Below, piece by piece: positions 12,987 through 25,686 of a stretch of 64,000 nt of DNA. This DNA is from Oopsacas minuta. Taxonomy: Eukaryota > Animalia > Porifera. Where the stretch lies: NCBI GenBank assembly GCA_024704765.1, contig JAKMXF010000326.1, positions 270,697 to 334,696 of the forward strand, given 5' to 3'. Numbering within the stretch: position 1 is the stretch's first letter; every line of letters starts with the position of its first letter. The notes under the pieces are model-generated. The model saw nothing but the letters and a program-made list of their open reading frames with translations, was not told where the DNA came from and searched no databases. The translations under genes and the position numbers were made by a program.

Positions 12987-15900
12987 TATTTCCAAAAATG
13001 CATACCATGATACCAGAATATTGATGTTTTAATTGGTATAAATGTTCAATGCAAATTCTTTCGTCAACTATACGCAATATGCACATTGTAGCATTTTACC
13101 TATAGATAGGTCATGTAGTAATCGAGTTATTTGAAATTCAAATCTGTCGGTCAGGTGGCCCAACACCAAGATTTCCGTGGGAACGGAATATCAATCCCAT
13201 ACCTACCGCATCAAAATAAGAATTCCCAAAGTTTTGCAAGGGAATTTCGATTCCCAAGGCAAACCTGTACCAAATCAACAATGCTACGTCAATTTTGAAA
13301 TGTACAAATACAGGGTTAGGACAGTGGCATAACCAGTGTATTGGGTCTAACCGGATGAAAGCTGGCAGCAGAATATATCGGAGCTGCGATTCAATAAACT
13401 ATTAGTTAAATAAATTACGTGATATTCGGTATCGATGCGTAGGCCTTGGAGAGCATACAAAGAGTTTAGCAGTTCCTTACATGAGTTGGTTGCGTTCCCT
13501 GGGTCCTGAAAATGCACAACCTACCCAAACTACAACTACCGCCCAGCAAATTTAGCACTAAAAACGATAATTCGTGAAATAGTTTAGTAGAATTTCCCGC
13601 TCTTAGATGTTAGTTCTATCAAGTTAACAAGGTGGAACCAAAACTAGACTGCTTATAGAGGTTTTCTATTTATAGAAACCCCCTAATTGAGGTTATACTG
13701 TACAACGAATTAGGAATTCTACTTCATGTGGGCTATTGACAACGGGTAGCGATGGAAATAATTACACTAGCCGCTAGAAAAAATTTCCATTGGTGTTGGC
13801 CACATGTAGTTGGTATAGAGTGTAAACTACTTGTGGGAATAATTGTATGTGTTTCCAATCAATCTAAGAATCGGTATCGAATTCAAAATTTAGAAATTTA
13901 TACGAATTCTTAGAAATTTCTTATAATATGGCCTACATTTGATAAGAAATATTCCCAGAACGTTACTGAACAAGATGCTTGGATACTTAAGAATGATTAC
14001 GAATTCCTAATGTTTAAGTTTCTCATATGGAAATTTGTCAGATATAAATTTCATAAATATTGATATTATACTTAGGCTAATTCGAGGCACGAAGATTTCG
14101 CAGCAGTGCAGAACAAGCTAGTGGGGCAAATTGGTTTATTAGTGGAGTAGCGAATATGGTTCTGACTGGTGCTAAAGCACCACTTACCGGATATACTTGT
14201 GAGGTGATTGATACTTTCAAGTGTCTGAGCGGCGCTATAAAAATAAATTTGTAGGATAGATGGTAATATTTTAACTCTATCTTAGTGTCATACAAATTCT
14301 AGAATTTCCTAGGTTTATTTTAGAAAACTAGATTATCATGGTAGCATGTATGAATTATATCATCTTCATAATGAAAAATCATCAGCACCATACATTACCT
14401 TAAGAACAATGGTGTAACCACTAGTGGCGTAAGGCTGGATACGCAATTGTGATTTATATAATGAGATTATGAGAAAGCAAATATTGGAACGAAAAATACA
14501 ACAAATATATTGTAAATTTATGAATTTCAAATGCATATGTAGAACCTACCAATCGGAATTACACTAGACCACAAAGCATATGAGAATTTACTGCTGAGAT
14601 ATGGGTGTGAGTATATCTTGACCAATTAAACCATTAATGGTCCAAGTTGTAGAGAAGCATTGAAGATTATGGGATATTACAAAATAACTTGAAGGACAAA
14701 TTTCCCTAAAGAATAAGAAATTCAAGGATGTAAGAATATTTTTCGAAATATGATGTATGATAATGTATTTCATGTGTCTATACAAAAAAGAGATCTATGG
14801 TAATTCATAAGTGTAGATTCTCAAATATGCAGTCAGATTTGAGGCAATGACAATATATTTGTTGATAAACGAGGAACAAAGGTAGTAAATTAGCTCATTA
14901 TCTAAATAAATGCTTTTATACAACATATATTTACATAAATTCCTAAATTATAATCTATCTGTATATGTTTATATCCAGAATCCATTGAAGAGACTGGCAG
15001 ACCCCAGGCCGAATCTTCGGAAAACAGAGGTATTTGGGTCTGCATCAGATAGGCTCGAGTTTTCACAATAATGACAAACTATAGAAGTAATTGTCAACTC
15101 CCGGGATATCGAAAAATCCAGAAAAAATAAATGTAGGATAGTTGATATGAGAATCACAGATACCAATGAATTAGATTCATCCCATGACGTCAGAGTGTTT
15201 GCACGAAGGACACTCAACATGTACTGATTTAGTCATCATAAAAGTACAAATAATTTCCAAATTCGAAAATTTTGAAAAATGTTGAGTACTCGAGACAATT
15301 ATGACGAGATCAATGACTCAAAGCTACAGGGTGACACAGAAGTTCTACAACAAATTTCAGTCTTAGTATTCAATAGTAAACCCTAATTCAAATCTTGGTT
15401 CTACTATGTATATCCAATTAACACACTATTATATTATAGCTCCTACTATATTTGATCATTCAGTATGATTATGTCTGGAGTATCAGAATTTCAACAAAAG
15501 CGCTCTGCTGTTATTCAATTATTTCTCAATGGTAAAAGCAAAGCCAGATACTAAGAACCCTTGGTTCAACCGAATACACAAGATCTTTTATATCTCGAAC
15601 AATTAACCGCTATAACGAGATGGGAAAGATCACAGATCTTCAACGATCAGGGCGACCACGCACGGTCAGGACGCCTGCTAACAAGAAGAAGATTCGGCAT
15701 ATTTTGAACCGTCGACCGACAATGTCGACCCGGAAGGTCGCCGCAAAAGTTAGGATTGACAGAGAATCTGTTCGGCGAATAATTCATAAGGATTTAGGCA
15801 TAAAATGTTTCAAACGAACAAAGGTAGAGTCTTTATCCCCAAACTATTTCAAAGAGGATACAAAAATGCCGAAAACTGCAGGCCTGGCTCAAAAATGTTA

Positions 15901-16821
15901 AATGTGAATCAATTGTCTTTTCAGACGAAAAAAAATTCCGTATAGAGGAAAAGTACAACTCCTAAAATTCGTGTGTTTATTCCCTTACACGAAAGGATAA
16001 CCCAGAGAAATTTCGGACTGTCCAGAAAACACAACACCCTAAAAGCATTATGGTTTGGGCAGGAATCTCAGCAAAGGGAAAACCCCCTTAGTATTCATGC
16101 CAGATGGATTAAAAATTAATGCCGATTTGTACATGAACAAAATTTTGAAAAGATATGTTCTTCCTATCAGTTCAACCTTCATGAAAACACGCAATGGGTA
16201 TTCCAACAGGATGGTGCACCAGCCCATACAGCGAAAGTGTCACAAGATTGGTTTCAACAAATTTACCAGGCTTTTTATCCCGTATCGATTGGCCTCCTGC
16301 AAGTCCAGATCTAAACCCTTGCGACTATTATTTATGGGGGAGATTAAAGGAATTAGTGAATAATAGAGCATACGATAATATTCCAGCACTTAAACAGGCT
16401 TTGCCCAAAGTTTAGTCTGAATTAGACCAAGATGAAGTAGCTCGGGCCTGCAATTTGTTCCCAGACAGAGTGAGAAGTTGTCTGAAGGCACGAGCGAATA
16501 GATTTGAAATGAACTAAATTAAAACTGTATTGAAATTATGTAATCAGGGGCCGTATTCACTAAGCATACTTAAACCGTATTCACTAAGATTGGTATTCAC
16601 TAAGATTTAAGCTCATACTTAAGTATGTACTTAAGTACAAAAGTTAAATAACCTACCGAGGTTGCTTAAGTTATTCAAGCTCTATTTTAAGTTTCCAAAC
16701 ATATTATATTTATCGATAACATTGATGTAATCACTTCAATCACTCGTTTTCTTTGATTAATTCATACTTTCACTATAAATTATGATTTTCTATGATGTTA
16801 CAATATGACTAAATCGTATAT

Positions 16822-17540
16822 CTAAAGCTGCTGCTGTTGATCATTTTCTAAAAGTCTCTGCTTTTTATGACGATAATACTCCCTCTGCTCTTCAATCAGC
16901 TGTAGTTGAGCCGAGAATACTTCCATCTGTTTAAGGAGCACTTCTCGTTGCAGAGGAAGTAAATCAGAGACCTTTGTTGACTGTTCGATGCTCCTCTTAC
17001 GCCTACGCCTTCCCTCTGCACGACTGTTAACTACAGTAACTTCTGGTCCCTCAAACACTGGTGTTACTTCTCTGCTTTCGCTAATCTCAGTGTGTGAAGG
17101 CAATGCTGTTGGGGCTAGAAACATATCAACGCTACCACATATTCCAGTGAACGCTGGCGTACTCGAGAACATCTGTGATACTCTCTCCGTCACAGATGTG
17201 GGTAATTCCCTATCGGAGCTAAGGATCCGGATGTCTTCATCCTCCACTTCACCAGCTTCATTTGGCCCTCCTCCTGTCTTCCACGCTTCCCTTCGACTGG
17301 AATCCACACGGGCTTTTGCGGAACCTTTTAGATTGTTCCACTTCTTCTTAATATCTTTCACATCTCGGTTGTTGCCATGGATGGAATTGATTTTCCTCAT
17401 AACATTGTTCCAAAGCCTCGTCTTTTTTTTGTTTATCTCCGCGCACTGACCAGCAGTACCTCTCAATATATCTCCAGCATCCTCGATTGCCTCAATGAGT
17501 GTATACTCCTCCTCCTTTGTCCATACTCTTGCTTTGGAAT
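16822..17540 (-). CDS. Harbinger Myb/SANT-like DNA-binding protein (5' end unresolved)
   Basis: The open frame extends upstream of the ORF-track start to give ARVWTKEEEYTLIEAIED...LWNNVMRKIN...DIKKKWNNLK, a trihelix/Myb-like pattern, followed by a C-terminal coiled-coil-like segment. There is no in-frame ATG after the upstream TGA. Confidence 0.85.
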
Positions 17541-17634
17541 ATCAATAACCTCCACCAATTTATAGTTTTCATAATGCAACAACTAGCTCCCAATTCAAGT
17601 ACGATACTTGATACATTTCACAAATAAATATCCC

Positions 17635-17714
17635 AACTACAAAGACCAACATCCTACTTAGATGTTTCAAAACTACAAAGACCAACACCCTACTTAGATG
17701 TTTCAAAACTACAA
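17635..17714. repeat. 36-bp tandem duplication (2.2 copies) in the Harbinger inter-ORF spacer
   Basis: AACTACAAAGACCAACA(T/C)CCTACTTAGATGTTTCAA occurs twice with one mismatch, followed by a partial third copy. Confidence 0.9.
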
Positions 17715-17790
17715 TTTCCATGTTACCTTATAATCATTAACTGTGCAAAATGTTTACATATCTACATCACAACATATATACTATGTGAAT

Positions 17791-18837
17791 TTAGTTGCTG
17801 AAATTATGAATAGAAAATTGATCCCTGTAATGCTTTGATGCCAGATGCCCAACAGTTTCTTCAAAGTCAAGAACATCATCCGGATAGGAATCATCGGAGA
17901 CTTCATCTTCTAAGAGTGGTTGTTTCCACTGTATTGCTATGTTATGCAATACTGCACAAGCAACTATGATGGAACAAACTTTATCTGGACTCATCCTGAG
18001 CTCTCCATGAAGACAGTGGAATCTTCGTTTCCATCGCCCAAACGTCTGTTCAACAATAACCCTTGTCCTCTTATGTGCATAGTTGTAGTTAAATTGGGGA
18101 GTAGATATTGGTTGGCGATAAGGAGTGAGTAAATATGGCCTCATCATGTAGCCGCTATCTCCTAATATATGCTCCCCTATTGAAAAGGTATTTTCAACAT
18201 GCATCCCAACACCTGAATTCTTCCAAATCCGTGAATCGTGAACAGACCCAGGAAAACGTGCCAATACATCACTAAACATTCCATCTGGTTGGCAAATAGC
18301 TTGGACATTAATTGAGTGGTAAAAATGCCGATTTATATAATCTGCTTCATTTTCCGAGGGTCTTTGGATTCGTATGTGTGTTCCGTCAACTAATCCTACT
18401 ACGCCTGGAAAGTGAGCAATCTCACAAAACTTGTTTTTGACTTCTACCCTCTTGAGACCAGCAGGCAAACTAACAAACTGATGGTATATAGCTTGCAAAC
18501 CCAGAGAAACATCTCGGATATAACGAGAGGCAGAAGCTTGGCTTACGTTTATCCCATCTCCACAAATTATCTGGAACGTTCCAGAAGCGAAAAATTGAAG
18601 TGCCACACAAACTTGTAAGTGAGGGGAAGCAGCACAAGAACGCTCGGTGAAATTCAAATAGTTAGCTATCAACTCTGTAATTTTAGATATTGAAGCTCTA
18701 GAGAAACGGAAACGTCGAACAAGTTCCATATCATCATAACAATCTAGGGGATCATTGAGATCCCTGAAAACTCGTTGACGTGCCATTGAGGAAGAGGTTT
18801 CTTCTTCTGGGAGAAATAATGGAATCATCTGTGCCAT
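17791..18837 (-). CDS. Harbinger DDE transposase (HARBI1-like nuclease), intact 348 aa
   Basis: ATG-to-stop open frame with RFRFSR, VDGTHI, GSVHDSRI, LGDSGY, HKRTRVIVEQTFGRWKRRFHCL and ACAVLHN. Confidence 0.95.
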   Translation of the reverse strand: MAQMIPLFLPEEETSSSMARQRVFRDLNDPLDCYDDMELVRRFRFSRASISKITELIANYLNFTERSCAASPHLQVCVALQFFASGTFQIICGDGINVSQASASRYIRDVSLGLQAIYHQFVSLPAGLKRVEVKNKFCEIAHFPGVVGLVDGTHIRIQRPSENEADYINRHFYHSINVQAICQPDGMFSDVLARFPGSVHDSRIWKNSGVGMHVENTFSIGEHILGDSGYMMRPYLLTPYRQPISTPQFNYNYAHKRTRVIVEQTFGRWKRRFHCLHGELRMSPDKVCSIIVACAVLHNIAIQWKQPLLEDEVSDDSYPDDVLDFEETVGHLASKHYRDQFSIHNFSN

Positions 18838-20249
18838 TTGTTTATATTAAAATACTGGAATATTTATATATTATATTTTATCATAATTGTATCTAGCAAA
18901 ACAGTCATTAGTGTAACTTGGAATGTATAATTCAGAATGACAGTATTTAACATTACATACAAAGTAATGCATTCCTTAGTAACAGATATGTTATATCATA
19001 AGCGTTCGAGGAATTCCTTGTAACATTATTTGTGAAGTATTTCATGAACGTAAACCACAATATTATCGTGAGATCATGCATAAACCATGAAAAGTTTTGA
19101 AAATATATTCCTGAATGATTGAAAGTAATTCTGTAAAGCAATCCATCAGAAACTCACAAATTCAGGAATATAAGTGATACCTAAGTATGTACTTAGTTAA
19201 GTACATACTTAGTACTTAAGTACTAAGTATGCTTAGTGAATACGGCGCAGGTATAGTTTATTATTCTTAGTCAGCCTTTAGAGTTGTTACTTCCCTTTTG
19301 TGTCACCCTGTATGTCGGTCCAGGGGTAATATGGAAATCATGATCAGCCAAATATAAATGATAGAAGTTTCAAATAAAAATCAAATGTACCCCTGAATGC
19401 GCTAAATGTTCTGACGTCAGGATTTACGAATGCAATCATATCATGGAATTATTGCATCATAATGAAAGTTTTCGAGAATTTTTAGAATTTCTGAATACAA
19501 GTGGAAAGAAATGTGAAGATTACTAACCAAAAGCCAGGTAGGAACTGCAAAGTCACCACCTAATACCATCAAATAAAATTGAGATGAAGCATGTATGCTA
19601 AAATCTTAAATTTTCAGGTATGTACCATATGTGAGGCGTGAAGTGCTGAGCATAACCCGTCGGATAGCGCGACAAGCAGTAAGATTAAGCTTGTGTAATA
19701 GTTATGCTCAACTTGTGGCTGTAAGCTGTCGCGTAGCCACAAAGCAAGCGAAGCGCAGTAGTAACAAAATATTGTTAAATTCAAATCTATGTTCATAAAT
19801 TGTGATTTTGGTTTGTTTCTCTCTCTGTTGTTTCACGTGTGTCTGATTGCTCGTTGTCAAGGAAATGATTCATGGAATGCAATATTGAATTAGAAATTCT
19901 CAATTCTGAGAGGTAGCGCACCATGAATATACGTTATTAGAAAGTATTCAGAATTCAATAAAATTGAATAGACATATGGAACTGGCAAAATTTGATTTTC
20001 CCACTTTTGAAATATTCATATCTAAATATCTCATTGATTTTATGTATATAAAGTGAAAATATAGTTGAAATATCAAAATATACTTAGATCCTTCTACTAA
20101 AAGTTACAATGGTAGAAAAAGTCACTAAATCCGTATATCGTAAATTAAGGTTTCTCATAACTAAATTTAATGCCATTTATATTAATATGAAGTAACAAGA
20201 AAATCAAAAAATCCCAACATATAAGTAGGGACCGGCTCTAAATGACTAG

Positions 20250-20625
20250 AATGTGGTGATAAAGTACAATGGAGTGATGAATCAGAATTTCCCATTATTA
20301 AGAGAGGAGACACTGGGCATCTCTAGAACTACCATAAATTGAATTCGAATAGATTAATTGTAATGAGTCGTGTTGTTTGGAGGTGGGCGCCGAAAAACTT
20401 GAACAATGAAAATATGCGTAAATAGGCAGAAGTTTGTAGTTAATTACTGAAATAGTGGAGGGAAGAAAAGAATTTCCTGATCGTATAGTCACAGGGAAGG
20501 AATCCCAACAATATGAACCAGAGACAAAATTACAAATAATCAGTGGAAATAAAGCGATGACCAAACCACGACACAGCCTAAAGATGCAAAGCACAGTGTG
20601 GCAAAATGGCGATTATGGGGTAATA
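20250..20625 (+). mobile_element. Adjacent short Tc1-like and mariner-like transposase fragments
   Basis: DKVQWSDESEF at about 20258 (Tc1-like first-D motif), then EFPDRIVTGKES..YEPETKLQ...STVW at 20461-20605 (mariner first-D region, with the D mutated). Confidence 0.55.
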
Positions 20626-21959
20626 GGTACCTAAGCTGAAGATATAAGTTAAAATCTTGTCCTATATAGTAAATCGACTGTGTAGATCTCAAAAATGGCA
20701 CCATATTTTTAGTTGACTTCTGGAAATGGAAGTATGACCTAAACTGTGGTATTTTGATATAATAAAGAATTATGGTTCAAGATTAAATGAGTTCTAAATT
20801 TGTGAGTGTTTTATGCCAGCCAGCCTTATTTGTTGATAAACTTGAATAACAATGCGCATACTGAATTCATTGATGCATTGGATACTCCATAAAGGATACT
20901 AATGGATTAGAAATACAGTAATTATAAAATGTTATAACGAAAATTATAATTAAAAAAATACATTTCATTCGAATGGGTGTGCCCAATACACTGAATGTCA
21001 AGAAAAGTATAAGTGGGTGCCTTTGGGCGGATCTAGAGATTATTGAAAATGATATTTATAAAGATATACTATGCGAAATTATCAATTGTTCTACTCACAA
21101 TAGTTTGCATTGTAAGATCGGGGACCTAAAATGTAGGTCAAGGAGCTGAAATACTGATAAAAATCGACTAGTAAAAATGCTTGAGAATGAAAGAATCAAG
21201 ATTAAATTTGTTTTGCAAAGCGAGTTAAAATTAATCACACAATGCATACAAATACTGACAAATGTTATTGAATTACTAAAAATCCTGGAATGCTGAAATA
21301 TCGCAAGGGTATTTTAAGTATAAATATTTGTGGTTTTCAGGTTATCAAATTTCAAGTAGCCTAAGTTTGAGACTTTAGGTTAGAAATGTTATAAGTTCAT
21401 TAAGTAACTAATAATAACATATTACTAGGTTTGTGATAGTGTAAAATCGAATGCACACATTCATTTTGGTAAATAGCGAAGTCAAATTTCCACCTATTAC
21501 AGCATAGTTCCACACTGTGCAAAGTCCGCAGAAAGGAGAATGGCAAGTTTATTCTGAAATAGAGGAAGTACACAACTAAGAGATTGCCTCCCTGAGAACA
21601 TATCAATCAATCTTGATTACAGATTAGTGAATTGTTGGGATTTGCGAAATACATAGAAACAATACTATAGGATAAAAGGGGACATTTTATCGAAGGTTGT
21701 GCAAACGATAAAAAGAGTGACAACATGTGTGAAATAGTAATATGTACTTTTTCCGCAGTAGAATTAGATACACTATGTTATTTTGAACAATTTAACAAAC
21801 GAGTTCAAGTCATTTAAACATTTTTGACTTGTTCTGATCAGCGAGGGTCAAATGTATTAAAACGGAATTGGAATAACCGCTGGAGCTATCAAGTATAAGA
21901 GGCGTGAGAAACTAAGATGAAAAGCTATCATACAACAATATTGTGGCGCATTCAGGATG

Positions 21960-22375
21960 ATCGTGAGGGGAATGCTTTGGAGCGAGCTAAGTGAGCGACG
22001 GTAGGGGGGCTAGCCCCCCAGTTTTTGAATCATAGACGCTCAAACATCGATGTACAGCTATTTTTGCCACAGAGTAGGAGGAGGTGAAATATTGTGCAGT
22101 AGTACCAAAGTTAAAATGTTTAAGTTTGGATAACGTGATAATTTGGTTACCTAATTTTATTTATACTATTAGTGAATACAAATTTAGTCTGCGAATATAT
22201 TAGTCATCTGGGAAACTCGTTGAAAAAATAATTGTGAAATTTGGATAGGATTCTGTAAATACTATTCCGAAAGCTCTGCGCTTATTAAGGAAATCGAATT
22301 ATAAATAACGACATATCCCTTTTGGAAACAAGTTATGAGGGGGCGTTTGAACACCCAAATCGCTACCCTTATAAT
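21960..22375. repeat. Dispersed repeat, copy 1 (related copy at about 52190-52420, same orientation)
   Basis: Shared blocks GGAGCGAG..AAG.GAGCGA.GGTA.GGGG and ATTGGAT.G.ATTCTGTAA...AAGCTCTGCGC.TATTAAGGAAA..GAATTATAAATAAC.ACAT...CAGTTATGAGG. Confidence 0.7.
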
Positions 22376-24215
22376 GCTAGGTTCCATGTCAGTGTTCGAA
22401 AAAACGGAGGGGATTAAGCGTATAGAATAAGAATATCCTCTTACCCAGCCTACAGTCCAGTTCTGGCTACAAGAGAGTACTGGCTATTCTATGACAAGAA
22501 AATAACGCTTCTTGAAAATGATTGAAGGAGTATTGTACAGTGGGCTCGGCATTAGAACTGTGGGAAATAGGTCAACCAGTCGAAAATTTTGGCAGAGGCT
22601 TCGCAATATTTCAGAAAGGTTGGAGCGTTTCAAAAAAAAAGGGAGGAATTCATTGAAATGTTGATAGTTAGATTGATTGAGAAAGGTTACTTATCTAGTT
22701 TTATGGTAATCAAATTGGAAAAGGTGATAATACTTTCCGAATTTTAGCAGATAATTTATAGAGTTTAATCACTATCTGAAAAGCGCATAAATTCCAATCA
22801 AAACACAATATGTGATATGCAGTAGAATTTCGCTATAAAAATCTTCGAAATTGATACCTCTAATCCGATTAAGTATTAACCGATCCAATCTGAATTAATA
22901 CCCATTGTAGGAACATGATTTTGTGAAAATATTTGTCCGTATTATCCGGAATACATATTAACAGCTTTCGTGCAAATGAGATTATAGTGTATATCCCACC
23001 AAATCGGCTATAGTGGAATATATTAATTACAACAGATAGCTTAGGAGTACGAATATTGATACTTGTACAATATGGGCTTTCAAAGACATTAATGTCAATT
23101 TCACATCCATGATTAAGTCAATCTAGCGAAAATTTGGGCTAACTCTGAAGTAAATAATACAACAACTATTCTTTCACAAATCACCCCTTGCATATATGTG
23201 CACTAATATAAAAAAAAGTCCATGAAATAAATGAAGAAAACGCATGTTTTTTCCAGCTTCAAGTGCCACTTTGATGAACAAAATTATTCATATATAGCAC
23301 AATTAATCTAAATTCCGATACATATAACAAAATTTTGATTATAGTATTTCAGAATTGATAGGGATAGAAAATATAAATGTATTTTGGACGCCTTCCTGCG
23401 CGCATTGAGAGCATCTAACAATTAACCCAATATCGTTAGCGTTCCAAATATTTGTAAATGCTAACTTGCAAAGACTAGTAACATAAACTTACAGGACCTT
23501 AGTTGGAAGGCAAACAGACTTGTATGAAATAATGATTTCCACCTAAATAAGAACCAGTATTTTAGAAAAGTCTAATATTTAAAACAAACTGTGATAATTA
23601 TAATAGATCCTCAAAAATTAGAATAAATAATGAAAAATTTTTAGAGCAATCAGTAATACATAATAAAAGATAAGGATCAAAATTTCAATTGATTCATGAA
23701 ACCACAATAATAAACTTTCGAAAACATGGAACTAACAGTTAAGTAGTTAAGACGTAACCCATAAATGTATTACCAGCACAAATGAATATGATAACCGCGT
23801 ATACACTGAGATTTTCAAATATTGGGAGTCTACGTAATTAGCTAGTTTTGGATGATTTTGAAATCCCAAGGCTGATTTTGCACAAAAATAAGTAAATGGA
23901 TCATTGAAAATTACGTGGTATAGTCTTTTCGATAAACAAGGGGAAATTTTGATGGAATGCTGCAACATTCCTCTGTTGCTCTGCAAATGTATATGAAGAC
24001 ATTCTAGCAGTATATATATCCTGAAAAATTTTGATGATAGACATTTACTAGAGACAATAGTTTATTCGGAATAGAGACTTCATTCATGAAAAATTCAGTT
24101 TGTGTGCCAACTCGAACGTTCAAAACTTATTTTATCTTATATAGTGATTGACCATATATGGTAAGTTATAAAATAACCCAATGCCTATAATCAATATTTT
24201 TCAGATAAAGCTATA

Positions 24216-25521
24216 CAGGGTGCCTCAAAAGATCTGGAACAAATTATTACACCAATTTTTTATATCAAACCACAATTCAACTGCTGTTAAATTCATATTA
24301 TGAACAAGGTTATATAATATATTCAATATACTGTGATTGTTCAATTCTAGTCTTGTTATGTCTAGTATATCTCAACTCCAACAGAAGAGGTCTGCTATCA
24401 TTCATTTATTTCTAAATGGTAAGAAGCAGAATCAAATTCTAAAAGCCCTTGGTTCACCGAGATTTTCACCATCGTTGATATCCCGCACGATAAAACGATA
24501 TATTGAGACAGGCGAGATCGTAGATAAGCAAGGATCATATCGGCCAAGAACAATTAGGACTCCTGCTAACAAGAAAAAGGTTCGTCAAATTTTTAACTAG
24601 TCGGCCCCACGATGTCCCACCGAAAAGTCGCCGCAAAGGTCGGAATAGATAAGGAATCTGCTTGACGAATGATCAAGAAAGACTTGGGTATGAAATGTTT
24701 CAAACGAAGTAGAGTAGAATCTCCTAATGGCCAGGTAATTAAAAAGAGAATCCAAAGATGTCGTAGACTGCTGGATCGACTCAAAAATGTCAACAGTGAT
24801 TCAATTGTATGTTCGAATGAGAAGATCTTCTGTATTGAGGAGAGGGGGAACTCTCAAAATTCTTGGGTTTATTCCTTAACACGTAATGACATCCCAGAAA
24901 ACTTAAGAAGTGTCCAGAAATCAAACACCCCAAAAGTATTATGGTTTAGGCGGGAATTTCAGTTTTTGGGAAAACTCCGTTGGTATTCATACCCGAAGGT
25001 ACAAAAATTAATGCTCAGGTATACAAAGATCTTATACTGGAGAAACATGTCTTAGCAATTGGTTTGACTTTCATGAAAACAAGGCATGGTGCACCGGATC
25101 ATACCGTTAAAATACCTCAACATTGGTTGTCAAGTAAGATCCCAGGGTTTTTAAACCGTAACGAATTGCCCCTTTCAAGTCTTGACCTAAACCCTTGTGG
25201 TTATTATTTGTGGGGAAGACTAGAGACACTAGTAATAATAGGTCCCACAACAGTATTCCAGCACTAAAACGAGGGTTAAAGAAGCTCTGGTGTAAATTAG
25301 ATCAGGATGAGGTGGCTCGGCCTGCAAAATATTTCCGTCCAGACTTAAAGATTGTCTAAAGGCCGAAGGGAATAGATTTGAAAACAAGTAGAGCCAAAAT
25401 ATTTTCGTATATGATAGTGAGACATAATAGAATTTTGTTAACAAAATATTAGTCTGGTTATATGCTCTACATGCACAAGAATTACATTTAAATTTTGTTG
25501 CAGAACTTTTGAGGGACCCTG
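24216..25521 (+). mobile_element. maT-type element B, full length (1306 bp), defective
   Basis: TIRs CAGGGTGCCTCAAAAGATCTG and CAGAACTTTTGAGGGACCCTG with TA flanks. Frameshifted transposase (QQKRSAII, YRPRTIRT, SNEKIF, DLNPCGY). Close relative of element A. Confidence 0.9.
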
Positions 25522-25686
25522 TAATGTCTTCATATAAATTTGCATATAGAGGACTGTGTCAGCATTGCATCAAAGTTTCCTCTATTTTTCAAACAACTAC
25601 ATGTTATCTGATGGCATCTAATAATCGAGGATCTAAATTACTCATTATATGGCAAAATGGTCCCGAAATATATTCAAAATCATATA

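Larger units (their letters stand above)
16548..19247 (-). mobile_element. PIF/Harbinger transposon with nuclease and Myb/SANT-like ORFs
   Basis: TIRs (G)GGCCGTATTCACTAAGCATACTT and AAGTATGCTTAGTGAATACGGCG(C). Short duplication of the target CAGG context (2-4 bp, ends ambiguous by 1 nt). Subterminal GTATTCACTAAG x3 and ACTTAAGT palindromes. Two ORFs on the same strand. Confidence 0.95.
15327..19310 (+). mobile_element. maT-type (DD37D) element A, defective, interrupted by a Harbinger
   Basis: TIR CAGGGTGACACAGAAG at 15327 and CTTTTGTGTCACCCTG ending at 19310, both with TA. Frameshifted transposase at about 15470-16510 (RSGRPRT, FSDEK, QQDGAPAH...WPPASPDLNPCDY, with 37-residue D-D spacing after frame repair). 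Confidence 0.9.

Noticed and set aside
13140-13185. GPP-containing frame considered as the AK7 P-loop exon
   Set aside because: It reads LGVGPPDRQI* with no GK(S/T) and no compatible splice sites.
13480-13510. Apparent 25-nt minus-strand micro-exon (ttttcag|...|gtaagg)
   Set aside because: No frame resembles the expected AK7 continuation, and such sites arise by chance in AT-rich DNA.
14969-15220. GC-richer segment with an 83-aa ORF and a possible plus-strand ag/gt exon
   Set aside because: No recognisable protein in any frame and no partner exons.
16988-17449. 153-aa plus-strand ORF
   Set aside because: It is the antisense shadow of the Harbinger Myb ORF and has no recognisable motifs.
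17635-17714. 36-bp repeats of CRISPR-like length
   Set aside because: The units are directly adjacent with no spacers, there are only 2.2 copies, they lie inside a eukaryotic Harbinger, and no cas genes are present.
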